Source: Ascidiella aspersa
Lineage: Eukaryota
NCBI GenBank assembly: GCA_963924565.1
Contig: OZ004609.1
Span: 32,302,001-32,366,000, forward strand
Direction of reading: 5' to 3'
Length of the DNA stretch: 64,000 nt
Shown here: piece by piece, positions 50,044 through 62,477 of the stretch
How positions within the stretch are numbered: position 1 is the stretch's first letter
Layout of the letters: each line of letters starts with the position of its first letter
Program-made: the position numbers and the translations under genes
The notes under the pieces: generated by a model
What the model was told of the DNA's origin: nothing
What the model saw: only the letters and a program-made list of their open reading frames with translations
Database searches by the model: none

Positions 50044-53000
50044 TTATGTCCCCAACTGTCTCGATAAAAACGAAATAAATATCGCCACGATTACGATAAT
50101 AAATAAAAGTCGGTTCTTCGCGAAAGCGCTTTCGCCGTTGACGACCTTCGGAGATGCAACAATCTAAAACAAAACAAAATAAATAAGTATTTGAAGGGTT
50201 TGAAACGTTAAAATAAAATAGTTTACAATAAAATTGTTAGATCAATGGCCAATTCGTCTATTTCTCGCCGAGGATGTGTACATCCTTGTTTTTTTAAACA
50301 TAGTTTTAAAATAGAACAATTTTGTATAAAACAAATTGTGATCAGCTAAACGAAAATTACTTATGACGCTACCGTATGCTTGTACTTTTTGCACCTCCTG
50401 CAATTTAAACTGCGGTATTTTTTTTTCCACTGCGTGCATGTGATTACAAAAACTTTAAATTTTTCCCAAAACAAAAAGTGCAAATTTTAGCACATTTCGT
50501 GTATAAACTTTTACGTTTTACTTTTACCTTTTCTTTCAAACCTGAAACCTCGCCCTTGGCCAGCGGCGGTACAACGTTAGGAGATGATTGTTCTTTATGG
50601 AAAACTCGCTTGCCACGCAAAAAATGTTTACCTGGAAATACATGCGGTAATACTGTAAACCCGAGGTATTGTCAGAGACAAGGGTTAAGGCGGAAGTTTG
50701 TTCCAAAATGTTCTATTACTTCACACAATCACTGGACTTCATCTTATTGGAAGTTTTAATAGCTTACTACAGTGTTTCTCAACCTAAAGGTCGCGACCGA
50801 AAATTGGGTGGCCGCTAGATTTGTTAGGGCCGCCCATTGCTTTCGTTTGGGTCGCCTACTACTTCTATTAAATAGGAGAAAATAGTGAGAGCACTATGAA
50901 GACATAGCTGACATTAATTAAAATAGAAGGTATTTAAACTATTTATGCAAGGTCTTGTTCGTGTTTTGTTTACTTAAACTTAAAGCTTGCAAAACGTTCA
51001 GTAAAGACTATTGGGTCGCCAAGGATAAGCTGTTATACTTATGCTACGTATTTGGGTCGATACGAAAAAGGTTAAGAAACACTGGCTTACCGCAATGGCA
51101 GTCTCTCATCTCAAACACAAACGTTGCCTTACAGTTAAACAGAATATAAAAAAACAAAAAACATAAAAAAAACGAATCCAATCATCACCCACCGGCCTCA
51201 AAAATTTCCACGGTCACCATCTTTCCCATGACGTTTGGATCTGCTTCGACTATCACTTGCTCGTAGAACTTGTTGTGCGCTACGTAGTGCACTTGGTCGT
51301 GTGCTATCTCGGTCACCAGCACTTGCTGTACCTTGCCCACTTGGTGGTTGTAAGGCTCGTAGGAGGCGAAGAGCTCCGAAAGACGCTTGGTGCGTTTCTT
51401 GATCTGCGAGCGAGATTCGAAGGAAATATTGGCGTAACTGGGGCCAGGATTACCCGGTGCAGACTTTAAAAGGTTAGATTTTTTTGGATAGGATTAAATT
51501 ACTTAATTATAAACGCCCAAAAATACAAGCAGTCAATTACTTTTTATTTAAGTTAAGCTTAATTGATTTGACGTTTGGTCGGCTGTAAGTACACTCAGAT
51601 ACTTTTGTAAAAGTAGCATTTGCATTGCAATAGGCAAAAAGAACTGAACTTATAGCACACAAACAATTATGTCCGTATGGCGTATATAATCCGATTTTCA
51701 TTCAAGTCGAAAATTTTAAGCCGTGGTTGGAAGTGATTTTACCTTGTTTTTTTGTAAGACAATAGTTTTAAAATTATACAACTGGGTTCCCTGATATATG
51801 TAAAAAGATACGCCTTAAAAAAATGAGATTTTCGCACGACGGGACTAATCGAAATACGACTGGAAAATATATTTGTTATCCGGAAGGTTCCAGACAAAAT
51901 ATACACTCACCTCCTGTCTGTTGATCTGGATCATCTTGGCTGCAGGCGTTCCTGGTCGCGGGAAGAACTGGTTCATGAAGAGGCTCGGAAACTTGTACTT
52001 TGCACACAAGTGCATCGTGTCTTCAAAATCCTGACGAGGGGATACATCGTTTAATTCTAGCATGATAGACGTGCCTTGCATAACAATGCTGTTTAATCGT
52101 CGTTTAATCACGTTTAAAAAGAAAGAGTTATGTTCGATAAAAGTTGTTACCGTTTTATGTATTGTTTTAAGCCCTAAGTTTCTATTTTTTCGTGGCGATA
52201 AAACACAGATTTAAATATTATCCAAGCAGATTTGAAAAATAAATTATTTTAAAAAATATCACAGCTACATTTAAAATTTAAAAACCAAAATTACAAAAAG
52301 GTATAGATGTTGCCGTTTCCAGAACTTTTTCCATGTACCTATACGTAACCGATTGCAATAAACCTCAATTTTCTATTTTTGTTGCAGTAAAACACAGATG
52401 CCAATTTTATCTAGGCAGATTTAAATAAAAAATGTCTCACCTAAATGTAAAAAAAACTGCAATCACAAAAAAGTTATAGATTTGAATCGTCTTACAGTTT
52501 GGATTTTTTTGTAGTTTAAATTAAACAGTAAGTTCATCAAATTTGTTTTAAACCCGAATTTTCTATTTTTGTGGCGGAAAAACACAGAGGCTTTTTAAAA
52601 AATAAGTTATTTTGAAAACGTCACAATCCTTTTAACATTTTAAAATAAAAAAAATGGACAATTGCAAAAACGTTATAAATTTAAATCATAGCGCATTTTT
52701 TATTGTGTAGTTAGAATTAAACAGTAAGTCGATTAAATTTGTTTTAAACTTTTTTTGTGGCTGTAAAACATGTCACAACTTACAACTAAAGGTTAAAATT
52801 AAAAAAGGCGCAATCGCAAAAAGATATAGATTTAAATTATCCCGCAGTTGGCACTTTTTGGTTAGTTAGTTAAAATTAAAGAGTGAATTGTATAAAATTC
52901 TGACGTCATACCTCGTCGGTCTCTGTTGGAAATCCGCATATGATGTCGGTTGCTATGGAGATCCCGGGTACGCTTGCGCGCAGCGAGTCGACTACTCGCT

Positions 53001-56000
53001 CGAACTCGGCGGCCGTGTACTCGCGCTGCATCTCGTACAGAGTTCGGTCGGATCCGGACTGAACCGGAACGTGCAGGAACGAGTAGACGCGCGGGTGAGT
53101 CAGGATCTTACCCATTTCCTGAGAAACGAGTAGAGAAAATGAGTCGAAATGGACTATAATGGTTGAAGGTAGTAGTAAGAATATTAAATACCAGTGGTCC
53201 AAACTATTTTGGCTCGGGGCACACTAAAAAATCTTAAATATTTCGCGGCACACTTTTAACAGAACAACATTATACTTTGGAGCATAATGGTTGGAGGTTG
53301 TAGTAAGACGTAATAAGAATATTAAAGCCCATAAAGCAAGAGTTATTCGAAACGTCCAAAATGATACCTACTGCTGTGTGGGCTTTGATATTCTTATAAA
53401 CATTACAGTAATTTTACAATTACCCATAACACATGCTAAACTACATGTAAATGTCTTAAGATTATTAATTTGCAATGGATACATTTAAGTCTAAAATACT
53501 TGCGTGTATGCCTATTGGTATTTGAAATACTCTATTTTCCTAAAGTACAAACATTTTCCGTGGCACACAGTTCGGGAATCACTGGCCCATACAGAAGTAG
53601 ATAGCATTTTGAACGTTTCGAGTGTCTCTTTATCCAAATGGAAAATTGCTCTTCGGGATAATACTTTTTAACAAATGTACCGACGTTTTAACTGCGTGGC
53701 TACTTTCATATACACGTAAGTGTAACAGCGAAGCGTTAAGTGATCAAAACACAAAGAAGAAAACAGAATGATTAAATTCGATTTTAAATTATATGAGCAA
53801 TGTATTTTTTATTACTTCCGCAATTTAATTAAATTTTGGAGAATCCTCGCCAAGAACTTGTATCAATAAATCCAACCATGTAAATAACTGAAGTCGGTGA
53901 TTAAGCCAAGTCAAACAGTGACCCAATTTTGGTTCGCGACAAGTGGGCCGAGAAACGCTGGATAGACTAAGAAAAAACTTTGTTGGCGCTGGCCCCGAGC
54001 CTATGTTTGTAACTGCACGTTGCAAGTGGTGAGAACACAGTCGCAAGGCTAACCTCAAGATGTTCAAGAATGTACGGCGGGTTGGTCATCCCCACCCTTA
54101 ACATGCAACCTTCCGGTATGACCTCGACCAGCTTCCACAGAAGCTCCGGAAGCGAAGTTCCGATGTCGCGTCCGTAGGCTCCGGTGTCCTCACTTGTAAG
54201 CCAAATCTCAACCACACCCTCTGAAAGGAAACGTTGCAAACTGATTTTTTGTTTTTTTGACAGTTTTTGCGCAAGTTTTTATAATTGTTTCTTTTTTACA
54301 AAGGCCTTTTTTAATATGATATAGCATTAGATTTAACACCTGACGTGAGATTAAAAAAGTCTTTACCTTGTATATTATGTAAACTTAGCCACTTGAACTA
54401 CTTTGTTTTTAATAACAATGGAACTGCTTTAGTAAAAACTTAAACTAGGATTTAACATGATATAAGCTAAAAGATTTGCTTTGAACTTAATTTTTTTTTG
54501 TAAATGCTTCACTGGGACTTAAGGCCTTTCAAAACAAATGCTTTGCAACATTAAGAAAAAGTGATTTGCTTACATTATTTCCAAAAGTGCTTACTTGCAA
54601 AAAAACGCCAGTATACAAAAAAATCCCTTTGCATTTACTGCGTTTTATTGATTTATTTTCAGGCACAACGTAACTAACCTATAACACGCTTATAGAAACA
54701 CGAACAAAATCATCGTGTGTATATTGTAACTGGGATCAGACACTGGCACATAAGAAATCGCACAACCGAACTGTTTATACGTATTGAGTGGTTAATAAAA
54801 TCTGAGGACTTTAGTCTGATAAACTTACCGTCAAATGATTGTTTTGCCCTCTCCACAATCTCGGACACGGGATAGCTGCCCAGGTTTCCGCGTGCGTGTT
54901 TAGTCTTACAATATGTACAAGCGTTTAGGCAGCTGAAAGAAAAACAGCAAAACGATTTGATATAGAAAGCCCCCTTAAAAACAAAATTACAAAAATCAAA
55001 ACACATAATTAAAGTTAAAGATAGGTACAATGTACATATACGTAGAACGGTCATTCGTGAATAACAACTGTGATCTAGCCCTATACTAAAGTCGTTTTTT
55101 GATCAAGGATAACGACTTAAGTATGCACCAGAAGCCTTTGAAAGATTAACTGAATCAAGCCATCAAGCCATCAAGATGCAAGTAAGGCATGCCAGAAAAA
55201 CAACTAGCCTGCAATGAGGTTCGAACTCACGACCTCGGTTATTTCGGGACCGTCGATCTACCTACTGAGCTACAAAGGCTCAGAGGGGAGCATGTCACGA
55301 AACAAATATAACACCATTGCTGCCAGAATCTTAACCGGCTGATACGGTCAATACGTATACCTGTATCGAAAAAAAATTATTGTCAGCTTTAACTCACTGT
55401 TGGTCACAAAAAGTCCCAAAACTGCCATTTGATTAGCTTTACATGTTTTTTAAAGTGTGCTACATGGTGACAATGTTTCAAGTGGAAGTGCAGTGAAATG
55501 TGCAAATGCAATAAGATGTGAATTATTTTCGGAATAATCGGGTCTTATACCAATATTTAAAAGACCTTAAATGAGCAGTTTACCCTGTGTTGATGCTAAT
55601 GATTTCGATGAGTGGATTGCGTCTTATTTTAGGCAGTGCTAACGAAGCACCTCCCAACTTTTTGCCGTTGGACTTTTTCTGTCCAAGCAGCCGTACAGTG
55701 TTGCCTAAAAAGAGAAAATAAAATGTTTATATTTTAAACACAACGATGTTTTGTAGTTTGATAATGGATTTCAAATCAATAAGGTCAAGTAGACTGACGT
55801 CATCTTTATTAAGACGTTTCAATAGGAACTTGTATTATTTTTCAGTTAATGTGTGAAAACGGCGAGAAGTAAATCAAAAATCACTTATTAAAGGTCAGAC
55901 GCAATTTTTAGAATTCTGAATTGCTAGACGGTTAGAGCATTGATTAGCATCTTTATGACGTTTTATTATGAAAAATGATAATATCTAATCACCTGAATAA

Positions 56001-58138
56001 AAAGACTGTTATTTTTTATACTTTTAATGAGTATTGCTGAATCAAAAAAATTCACAAAAATTGAAATGAACCCTTCACAAACTTTCCTTTAAGCTACACC
56101 GAAAAGCCATCGCAGACTCGCCGAATCTGTCGATCTATGATGCAAGCAAAGATCACAGATGTTATTAAACACATATGTTTGTGTGTCTTTCATTCATTCC
56201 TTTAAGCTGATTGACATATTTTGTAAAAAAAGCAAACCTTTTAGTGTTTCCTCGACAACCTCAACGACTCTGTCGATTTGCTGCACTCCGATCATCGAGA
56301 GACCCTTGATGTACGCTTGGCGTGGAGCACCTTGTGGCACACATCCGGCCACCACAACAGGTTTGCCCAGTTTCTCACACTTCCTAAACAAAATTTTTTG
56401 TTTAAAACACTGTAGGCAGCTTATTGGCAGTGTTTTGTGGCACACATCCGGCCACCACAACAGGCTTGCCCAGTTTCTCACACTTTTTAGATAAAATGTA
56501 TTGTTTAAAAGAGTGCTTCCCAACCAGTGGGTCATGGCCCATTGGGGGGTCGCGAAGCTATTTCAGGTGAGTCGCGAAGCTATTCTAAATGTTACAGTTT
56601 ACTATTAGATGGGGAAATTAATTACCATTAGGTAACATTTATGCAACAATATCACAAATACGTAACAATTAGATGTATTGTCGCATTAACTATTACAGTA
56701 TGTACCAGTAGTAAAAATACAGTTTTTTATATCTTTATCTGCTTGGTTATATCTCATTGAAGGTCGCACAATTAAACCTGCATTAAAAGTGGCTCGCTAA
56801 CTGAAATAAGTTGGGAAGCACTGGTTTAAAACATTGTAGGCAATTTATTGGTAGTGTTTTTAAATGTAAAATAATATCATTAACAGATTGAGTATAGCAG
56901 ACCAGACAAACTCATATCAGTTAGAAAGTAACAAATAACTGTTATCACGAAGTTGTGTGCATAGCTGTTGATCACCATCACATTAAGGGTACTGTCATAA
57001 CAGATTTTACAGTCCCAGCATTATTACATATTAAAAACCACTGCCTGCTGCAGACAAGCATACTGGAAATACCATTGAAGTTGAATTCCAGTTCTGCCCA
57101 TCAATTTAAACCAATTATTTTTATCATAACTGGCATTGCTCACTTAAGTTGTATTGATCATTAATAACAGCTTATTATGCAACATATTTTACCGGCCAGA
57201 TTTGAATTATACAAATTAAGCTAAGTGTATGAATATGAGAGCAATTTGAATCAAAGGAAACCAAGTAATTAAGATTACATAGTTCGACTACCCAAAAAGT
57301 CATACCAAGCATGGTACAGTGTAGAAAATACTGCTCTTACTCTATCATGTTTCTGAAATGATCTTCCGCAGGATTTTTAACAGTACAGCTGTTAAGTAGC
57401 CACAGATCAGCTCTTTCGCTGTCATCTGCAACAAAAAGTTGTTGAAATAAAGTATGGATTTGTACTGTGCTACATATATATATATATAAGCAAAACAAAT
57501 AAGTAAATAAGCATCACTGTTGCACTAAAGAGAAAAAAAAACGAAAGCAATATTACTGGATTGCTAGATAAAAGTTGGTTGTGCTTACACATATGAAATC
57601 AAAAATATTTTTTGCAATTGAAAATGCTTTATAAAAAAACAGTTGGTTAATATAATTTTTTTTAAATTGGAAGAAACAATGGCTCATAATTGCATCAATT
57701 TATCTGCAAACCTGTTATGTTGTATCCGTATGCTGCCAGTTGCCCAGCCATGTACTCAGAGTCGGATGAGTTGTGTGTGCAACCCCACGTCTTCACATAA
57801 ACACTTTCTAGACCGGGAATGTTGCTGAAAAAAATATAAATATAGATATGTACAGCATAATTATATTATACTTCTTAATATCTTTAAAGTTGTTAAAAAA
57901 TTTAAAATTTTATTGCAAACATCTTAAAAGTGAAAAAATGAACTTCAAACCTCTTTAAAGGGGCATCTTCATTTTTAATGTTTTTCTGCTCTGCGTCAAT
58001 ACGACTTGACAATAGTCTTTTATTTCTAGAACTTTTGGCTTTGGGCAAGACAACGTCTTTAACGGTGGTTGTGCGTACGTCCAAGGTGGAAATATCTTCT
58101 ATGTCATCCAGAATCTCCACACACCCAGCTGATGGCAT
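50044..58138 (-). CDS. CDKAL1: Threonylcarbamoyladenosine tRNA methylthiotransferase, 12 exons, about 561 aa
   Basis: Exons 58138-57951, 57824-57712, 57425-57341, 56383-56238, 55704-55584, 54932-54829, 54220-54054, 53118-52912, 52030-51911, 51403-51193, 50631-50528, 50163-50044. MTTase N-terminal motifs [23 protein letters not shown] and VAGCVPQ; radical-SAM CLNACTYC; HVPVQSGSD; [13 protein letters not shown]; TRAM domain; C-terminal hydrophobic tail anchor [15 protein letters not shown]. Confidence 0.96.
50770..51084. mobile_element. hAT-like MITE
   Basis: TIR CAGTGTTTCTCAACCT/AGGTTAAGAAACACTG, imperfect TSD GCTTACTA/GCTTACCG, GGGTCGC motifs. Confidence 0.75.
52160..52890. repeat. Degenerate tandem repeat, about 190-bp unit, about 4 copies, in a CDKAL1 intron
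   Basis: TTTCTATTTTT.GTGGC.GTAAAACACAGA and AATC.CAAAAA.GTTATAGATTT recur near 52178, 52369, 52559 and 52750. Confidence 0.75.
53161..53625. mobile_element. Nested insertion: family B fragment split by a CAGTG..CACTG MITE (53192-53584) that itself contains another family B fold-back (53288-53405)
   Basis: AATATTAAA before and GCCCATACAGAAGTAG after the MITE rebuild the family B sequence seen at 38853-38875; the internal copy matches 38824-38870. Confidence 0.6.
55207..55279 (-). pseudogene. tRNA-like element (tRNA pseudogene or tRNA-derived SINE head), GAA at the anticodon position
   Basis: GCCTTTG-TAGCTCAGTAGGTAGATCG-ACGGTCCCGAAATAACCG-AGGTC-GTGAGTTCGAACCTCAT-TGCAGGC: A box, B box and cloverleaf spacing, T5 just downstream. 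Mismatches in the acceptor, D and anticodon stems, and C instead of U at position 33. Confidence 0.7.
55781..55850 (-). mobile_element. Family A fragment with decayed hammerhead core
   Basis: Minus strand ATTAA-CTGAAAAA-T-AATAC(AAGTTC)CTATT-GAAA-CG-TC-TTAAT followed by the family A downstream sequence. Confidence 0.5.
56435..56485 (-). repeat. Intronic duplicate of the first ~51 nt of CDKAL1 exon 4
   Basis: Matches 56332-56382 with one mismatch; the acceptor AG is lost in the copy. Confidence 0.9.
56511..56823. mobile_element. hAT-like MITE
   Basis: TIR GAGTGCTTCCCAAC/GTTGGGAAGCACTG, perfect 8-bp TSD GTTTAAAA, GGTCGC subterminal motifs. Confidence 0.82.
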
Positions 58139-59094
58139 TTTTTTTAATTATTACAAGAAACTCTAAACAATAAAAGTACCAATGCGTGACACAGTAAAAA
58201 TGAACTACAAAATATATCTCTATGATAAATAAATTCAATTCAGTAAAAAAGTAGGACATTAGTTGTCACATAAATGGTTTGAATCAGAAATGAACTTCAA
58301 CACTGTGGATAAAAAATCTATATTCATAAACTAAGGCACAAGACCAATGGAGCAAATACTTTTGCATTTCTAAAGAGGCACTTTAGCTAGTTATAGTAGA
58401 TTATAATTATAACTTAACACAAAAAAAGCGTATTAATTTGATTACACACAAAGAAAAAAAATTCCAACAGTTTATTGAACAGTCACAGATTATGAGAACT
58501 GTTCAGCATTGGAAGCCTTTGAGCAATAATTATGAAATTACTACTATTTTGTTTTAAACGTAACAAATTAAATGAGATGACCCCAAACAAATGTAAATAA
58601 AAGGAGTGAATACAAGTAAAAGTGAAAATTATATTGGACTAGTGAACACCGGAAGATGTAACCAAAAGAAAGGTTGGATAAATATATGCATGAAATGCCA
58701 ACCATACTAACTACTGTTTGTCATATTCACAGTGCAAATTTAAAGTTAAAATTAACACAAAAAGAATTTTAAATTTTACATATAAAAAAAGAGATTTGTG
58801 TAAAAAATGTGGTCTTTTTCTAAAAAAAATAGACACTCAAGAAAAATATAAACTATAATAGCATAATTGACATATACGCTAATTAGCCATCTATTGGCAT
58901 AACAGTACACAAAATTCTACTACTAACTTACTGGGTTTTTCAGCCCGAAAAAAAAAATGTTTGCCTTAAGCTTGAAATACTTCCAAAGGCTACTAAATTA
59001 ATTGTTATATTCACAATAAAGTTTCAACCTGCAAACTATTTATACTTTACAGCTCAGAAAAAAATTAAAGAATAGGTGTAAAAGCACAAGGGAT

Positions 59095-62000
59095 TTAGTT
59101 TCCATACTCCCCATATTTACTTCTCGGGCTCACAGCCTTAAGTTCGTTGGTTTTACTGTCGATGACCAGACGGACATGGTTCTGTACAGATGCAGCTGAA
59201 CTTGAATAGTTCGGAGGGTTGTACTTCTGTGCCAGCAATTTTGCGTCGGCTGGTGTGGTTAGTAGCTCATGGGACGGGTTAATTGGGTAAGCAGGAAGCA
59301 TACGGCCCCCAGATTCCATCAGCTCTCTACCAGATACGTATCCCCAATTGGGCGATTGGCTTTTATCAAAATACGAACTCTGTCTGGGAAATGTTGGTGG
59401 CCCAAAGTATTTTCTCCAGTTTTGGGCCAATTCTCGTTCCACCAAATCTGGCACAATGGTATTAGGGGTGGGAATGTAGGGGTTTGGGGCGTAGGGTCCA
59501 GCCGTTGGTTGCCGAGCCTCTTTTTCATCTATCTTCTTCAGGATGTGATTGAGTTTAATGTCCACCGACTTGAGATATTCCATGACGTGCGGGGGTTCTT
59601 CAGGCCGGGGCGTTTGATGGAACTGGGGGGCAGAAGTAGGTCGGTACGAGGGGGGTGCAAACTGTTGTGGAGGGTTGAACTGCAAATCACTGGCGTTCCA
59701 AGATTCTCCGGGGGCTGTAACACCTTCGCTGGCAAGTTGAGACTTGATGTTATGAAGCAGACTCTGGTTGTGTATGCTTGATCCGGCCCTGTCCATTTCA
59801 TCATACCAAGAAACTCCTTTACTGCTTCGCTTCAATGGTGACTGCTGCTGCCGGGTTAAAAACTCCCTTGCTTTCAACAGACCATCTTCTTCAGATTTCC
59901 AAGCCATTTTCGGAAACGAGGGTGCAACTGAAATGTCAGGGTCATTTCGGTGCGATGGAGGACCCTCTGGTTGGGGCTGGAGGTCTTCAACGTTCAGCCT
60001 GCTGTGGCCGTTCGTTAAATTTGATTGTGTTGGTTCACCGTTCCTCAATGTGCGGACGTTCTGTTGTAAGCTCTCCTGTTGAAGCTTTAGTGTCGAAACT
60101 TCAGCTGTCAGGAGAGATTTTGCGGCTAGTAATTCCTGCAATTCTGACTGGTCATCAGGCTTAAGCAAATCGTGACTTCTTTGCTTCAGTTCCAGCTCCT
60201 GTTGTTCCAGCTTTGTTCTTTGGCTCTGAAGCTGCTGCTTTTTCAGCTGCAACATTTCCTGATCGTTTTCAAATTCGGCAACCGCCGACTTGTGCTGCCG
60301 TTTCATTCTTTCGATTTGCATTTCATTCTCTGCCCTAAGCCTTTGCATCTCAATTTCAAGGTCATTGCTCAATCGTTTTTTTAGCAGATCAAGCTCACTA
60401 CGGTAAGTTGCTTCGTTGTCAGCCCTGAGTTTCACAAGACGTGCATTATGCTGGCTTACAACATCTTTTATCTGCTGTTCGTGTTCTTCATATAAGGACT
60501 CGGTTTTATCACTTAGCACCTCACGCAAGCTTTTGTTTTGATGATCGCCAATCTCAGCTGCTTTGCTGAAGGAATCATTAATCTCAGCCACTTTGGCTTT
60601 GTGGTCCTGCTGTAGGCGACTTTTTAGGACAGTAAGTTTTTCTTCGTGATACGATCTCAGGGTCTCCAGTTTCTCCTCGGTTTGTTTTTCTAGCTCAGCA
60701 TTCAGTTTGTCTTCTGCAGCTTTCATTTCTTCATCGTGCTTGCGATGCAAGTCATGAAATCTTTTCCTTCGCTCATCACTCAGTTTTGTGTTTTCGTCTT
60801 GCAATGCATCATCAAGATTTTCTTGATACTTCTCTTTTGTTTGTAAATCCCGTTTTTTAGCAAGTTCCTCTTGGAAATTACTTATAAATTCGTCATTCTC
60901 TTTTGTCAACTCTTTGACTGTGAGATCAGCCTTGGCTGTAAGTTTTTCTTTGGCTGTTTTTATGGTTTCATCATGGTCCTTTATTATGTTTGCTTCCTCC
61001 AATTCCCTTTCCCTTTTCAATTTCATTCTTAGAGCATCCAGGTCTTCTTGATTCTTCTCTTCGATTTTCTTCTTTTCTGCTTCAATTTCCTTCTCCATTT
61101 TTTCACGGTAATCTGTGATTATTAACTTTTTTTCTAAGGCTAAGTTGCCCTTGTCAGCCACATGATCACTTTCAGTTGAAGTATCTGACTCTTCCGTTGT
61201 CAAATATTCAGGCTCCTTACTCAAGTTTCCATAAAGTCTTTTCTCCGCTGCCTTAGCTGCTGCTTCGCCGGGTCCAGGAATGTCTTTCTTTTTTTGTACA
61301 TTTTCCAAAGGGTGGTCTTCAAACGTCACCGTCTTTGGCTTCTCAGCAGGCATTAGGTCCCCTGCGTCTAACAAATTGGGAGTGAATTTTCCGTCTTCGC
61401 TATCCACCTCATTGGAGTTTGACGATATGTTCATCTTGTCAATGTCCTCACCACCGCTGACCACCTCCTCTTCTTCCGAAAAGTGATACTCAATAGCGGA
61501 TTGATCCAGATCTTGTGTCTTCAGTTTGTCCAGGTTGATCCTCCCTATATCGCCCGAACTTGCAAGTGTGCCACCAGTCAAACTGAACATATCCCCGTGC
61601 GCCGTTGGCAGAGGAGAAATTGGGGAGTTGGACATCATTTTTGTTGTTCCCACGCCTTTTAAAGGAGCAAGACCCCCCAAAGATGTCAAGCTTCCAGGTG
61701 GATCAACACTTTTAAGAGGACCCAACTGGCCAGTGCCAGAAAGGTTGGACAGGCCGAGCGGTTGAGAGCCTCCAAGCGCGCTTCCTTGCAGATTTAAAGG
61801 ACCCAATGAGTTCTGAAGATTCAAAGGTCCCAATGAGTTTTGAGGAAGATCAATTTGTGCCTTATCTTTCTTTTTTTTCTTTTTTGGATCTTTTTCTTTT
61901 TCTTTTTTCTTCTTTGTAGCTGCCACAGTGGCTGGGACGCTCGGTTTGACAAGCTTTTTCTGCCTTTCCTCGGCAACCATGGACCTGTAGAACTCATCGC

Positions 62001-62244
62001 AAGGATGGTCCCAAATGCTGTCGCCGGTTTTAAAGTTAAAGTAGTAAATGTCCCCAGTTGTATCTTGGCAAGGCTTCCAATTGGCTGGAAGAGGAGCGCT
62101 GATACCTTCCCTTGCAATCCAAAGAAGATCCTTTTCCTTTGCGATGTCAATCCCAATTACTTGAGCGTATTCGTTAACCTCTTCATCAGCTGGGATGTAG
62201 TTCTCGTCATAATCCTCCTCCAAAATTACCTGGTCGTTCATCAT
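59095..62244 (-). CDS. CEP164: Centrosomal protein of 164 kDa-like, intronless CDS, 1049 aa
   Basis: N-terminus [15 protein letters not shown]...EYAQVIGID...LLWIAREGI plus WW domain [33 protein letters not shown], a Lys-rich tract and long coiled coils. Candidate polyA signal at 58476-58471. Possible 5'-UTR intron 62873-62302. Confidence 0.92.
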   Translation of the reverse strand: MMNDQVILEEDYDENYIPADEEVNEYAQVIGIDIAKEKDLLWIAREGISAPLPANWKPCQDTTGDIYYFNFKTGDSIWDHPCDEFYRSMVAEERQKKLVKPSVPATVAATKKKKEKEKDPKKKKKKDKAQIDLPQNSLGPLNLQNSLGPLNLQGSALGGSQPLGLSNLSGTGQLGPLKSVDPPGSLTSLGGLAPLKGVGTTKMMSNSPISPLPTAHGDMFSLTGGTLASSGDIGRINLDKLKTQDLDQSAIEYHFSEEEEVVSGGEDIDKMNISSNSNEVDSEDGKFTPNLLDAGDLMPAEKPKTVTFEDHPLENVQKKKDIPGPGEAAAKAAEKRLYGNLSKEPEYLTTEESDTSTESDHVADKGNLALEKKLIITDYREKMEKEIEAEKKKIEEKNQEDLDALRMKLKRERELEEANIIKDHDETIKTAKEKLTAKADLTVKELTKENDEFISNFQEELAKKRDLQTKEKYQENLDDALQDENTKLSDERRKRFHDLHRKHDEEMKAAEDKLNAELEKQTEEKLETLRSYHEEKLTVLKSRLQQDHKAKVAEINDSFSKAAEIGDHQNKSLREVLSDKTESLYEEHEQQIKDVVSQHNARLVKLRADNEATYRSELDLLKKRLSNDLEIEMQRLRAENEMQIERMKRQHKSAVAEFENDQEMLQLKKQQLQSQRTKLEQQELELKQRSHDLLKPDDQSELQELLAAKSLLTAEVSTLKLQQESLQQNVRTLRNGEPTQSNLTNGHSRLNVEDLQPQPEGPPSHRNDPDISVAPSFPKMAWKSEEDGLLKAREFLTRQQQSPLKRSSKGVSWYDEMDRAGSSIHNQSLLHNIKSQLASEGVTAPGESWNASDLQFNPPQQFAPPSYRPTSAPQFHQTPRPEEPPHVMEYLKSVDIKLNHILKKIDEKEARQPTAGPYAPNPYIPTPNTIVPDLVERELAQNWRKYFGPPTFPRQSSYFDKSQSPNWGYVSGRELMESGGRMLPAYPINPSHELLTTPADAKLLAQKYNPPNYSSSAASVQNHVRLVIDSKTNELKAVSPRSKYGEYGN

Positions 62245-62477
62245 TTTGCTGATGTTTTAATTATCACATTTGTTCGTAGCAAAGTAAAATTTCTACTATT
62301 TCTGAATCAGATAAAAAGTTAAAATACTTTTAATTTTCAAAATAATCATACACTACTTAACTAAAGGTATTATCATTGTGATATTATTTTGATCCTACGT
62401 TCTTAGAAATTACCATGTCAGCACACATACAGTTTAGAGATTCGGACTTCAACTAAACAGAACTCATGTAGATTTTG

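Noticed and set aside
61788-61842. 27-nt coding repeat (QNSLGPLNL twice) in CEP164
   Set aside because: Ordinary slippage in a low-complexity linker.
59269-62322. ORFs overlapping CEP164 on the opposite strand or in other frames
   Set aside because: Shadow ORFs of a long coding sequence with no independent support.
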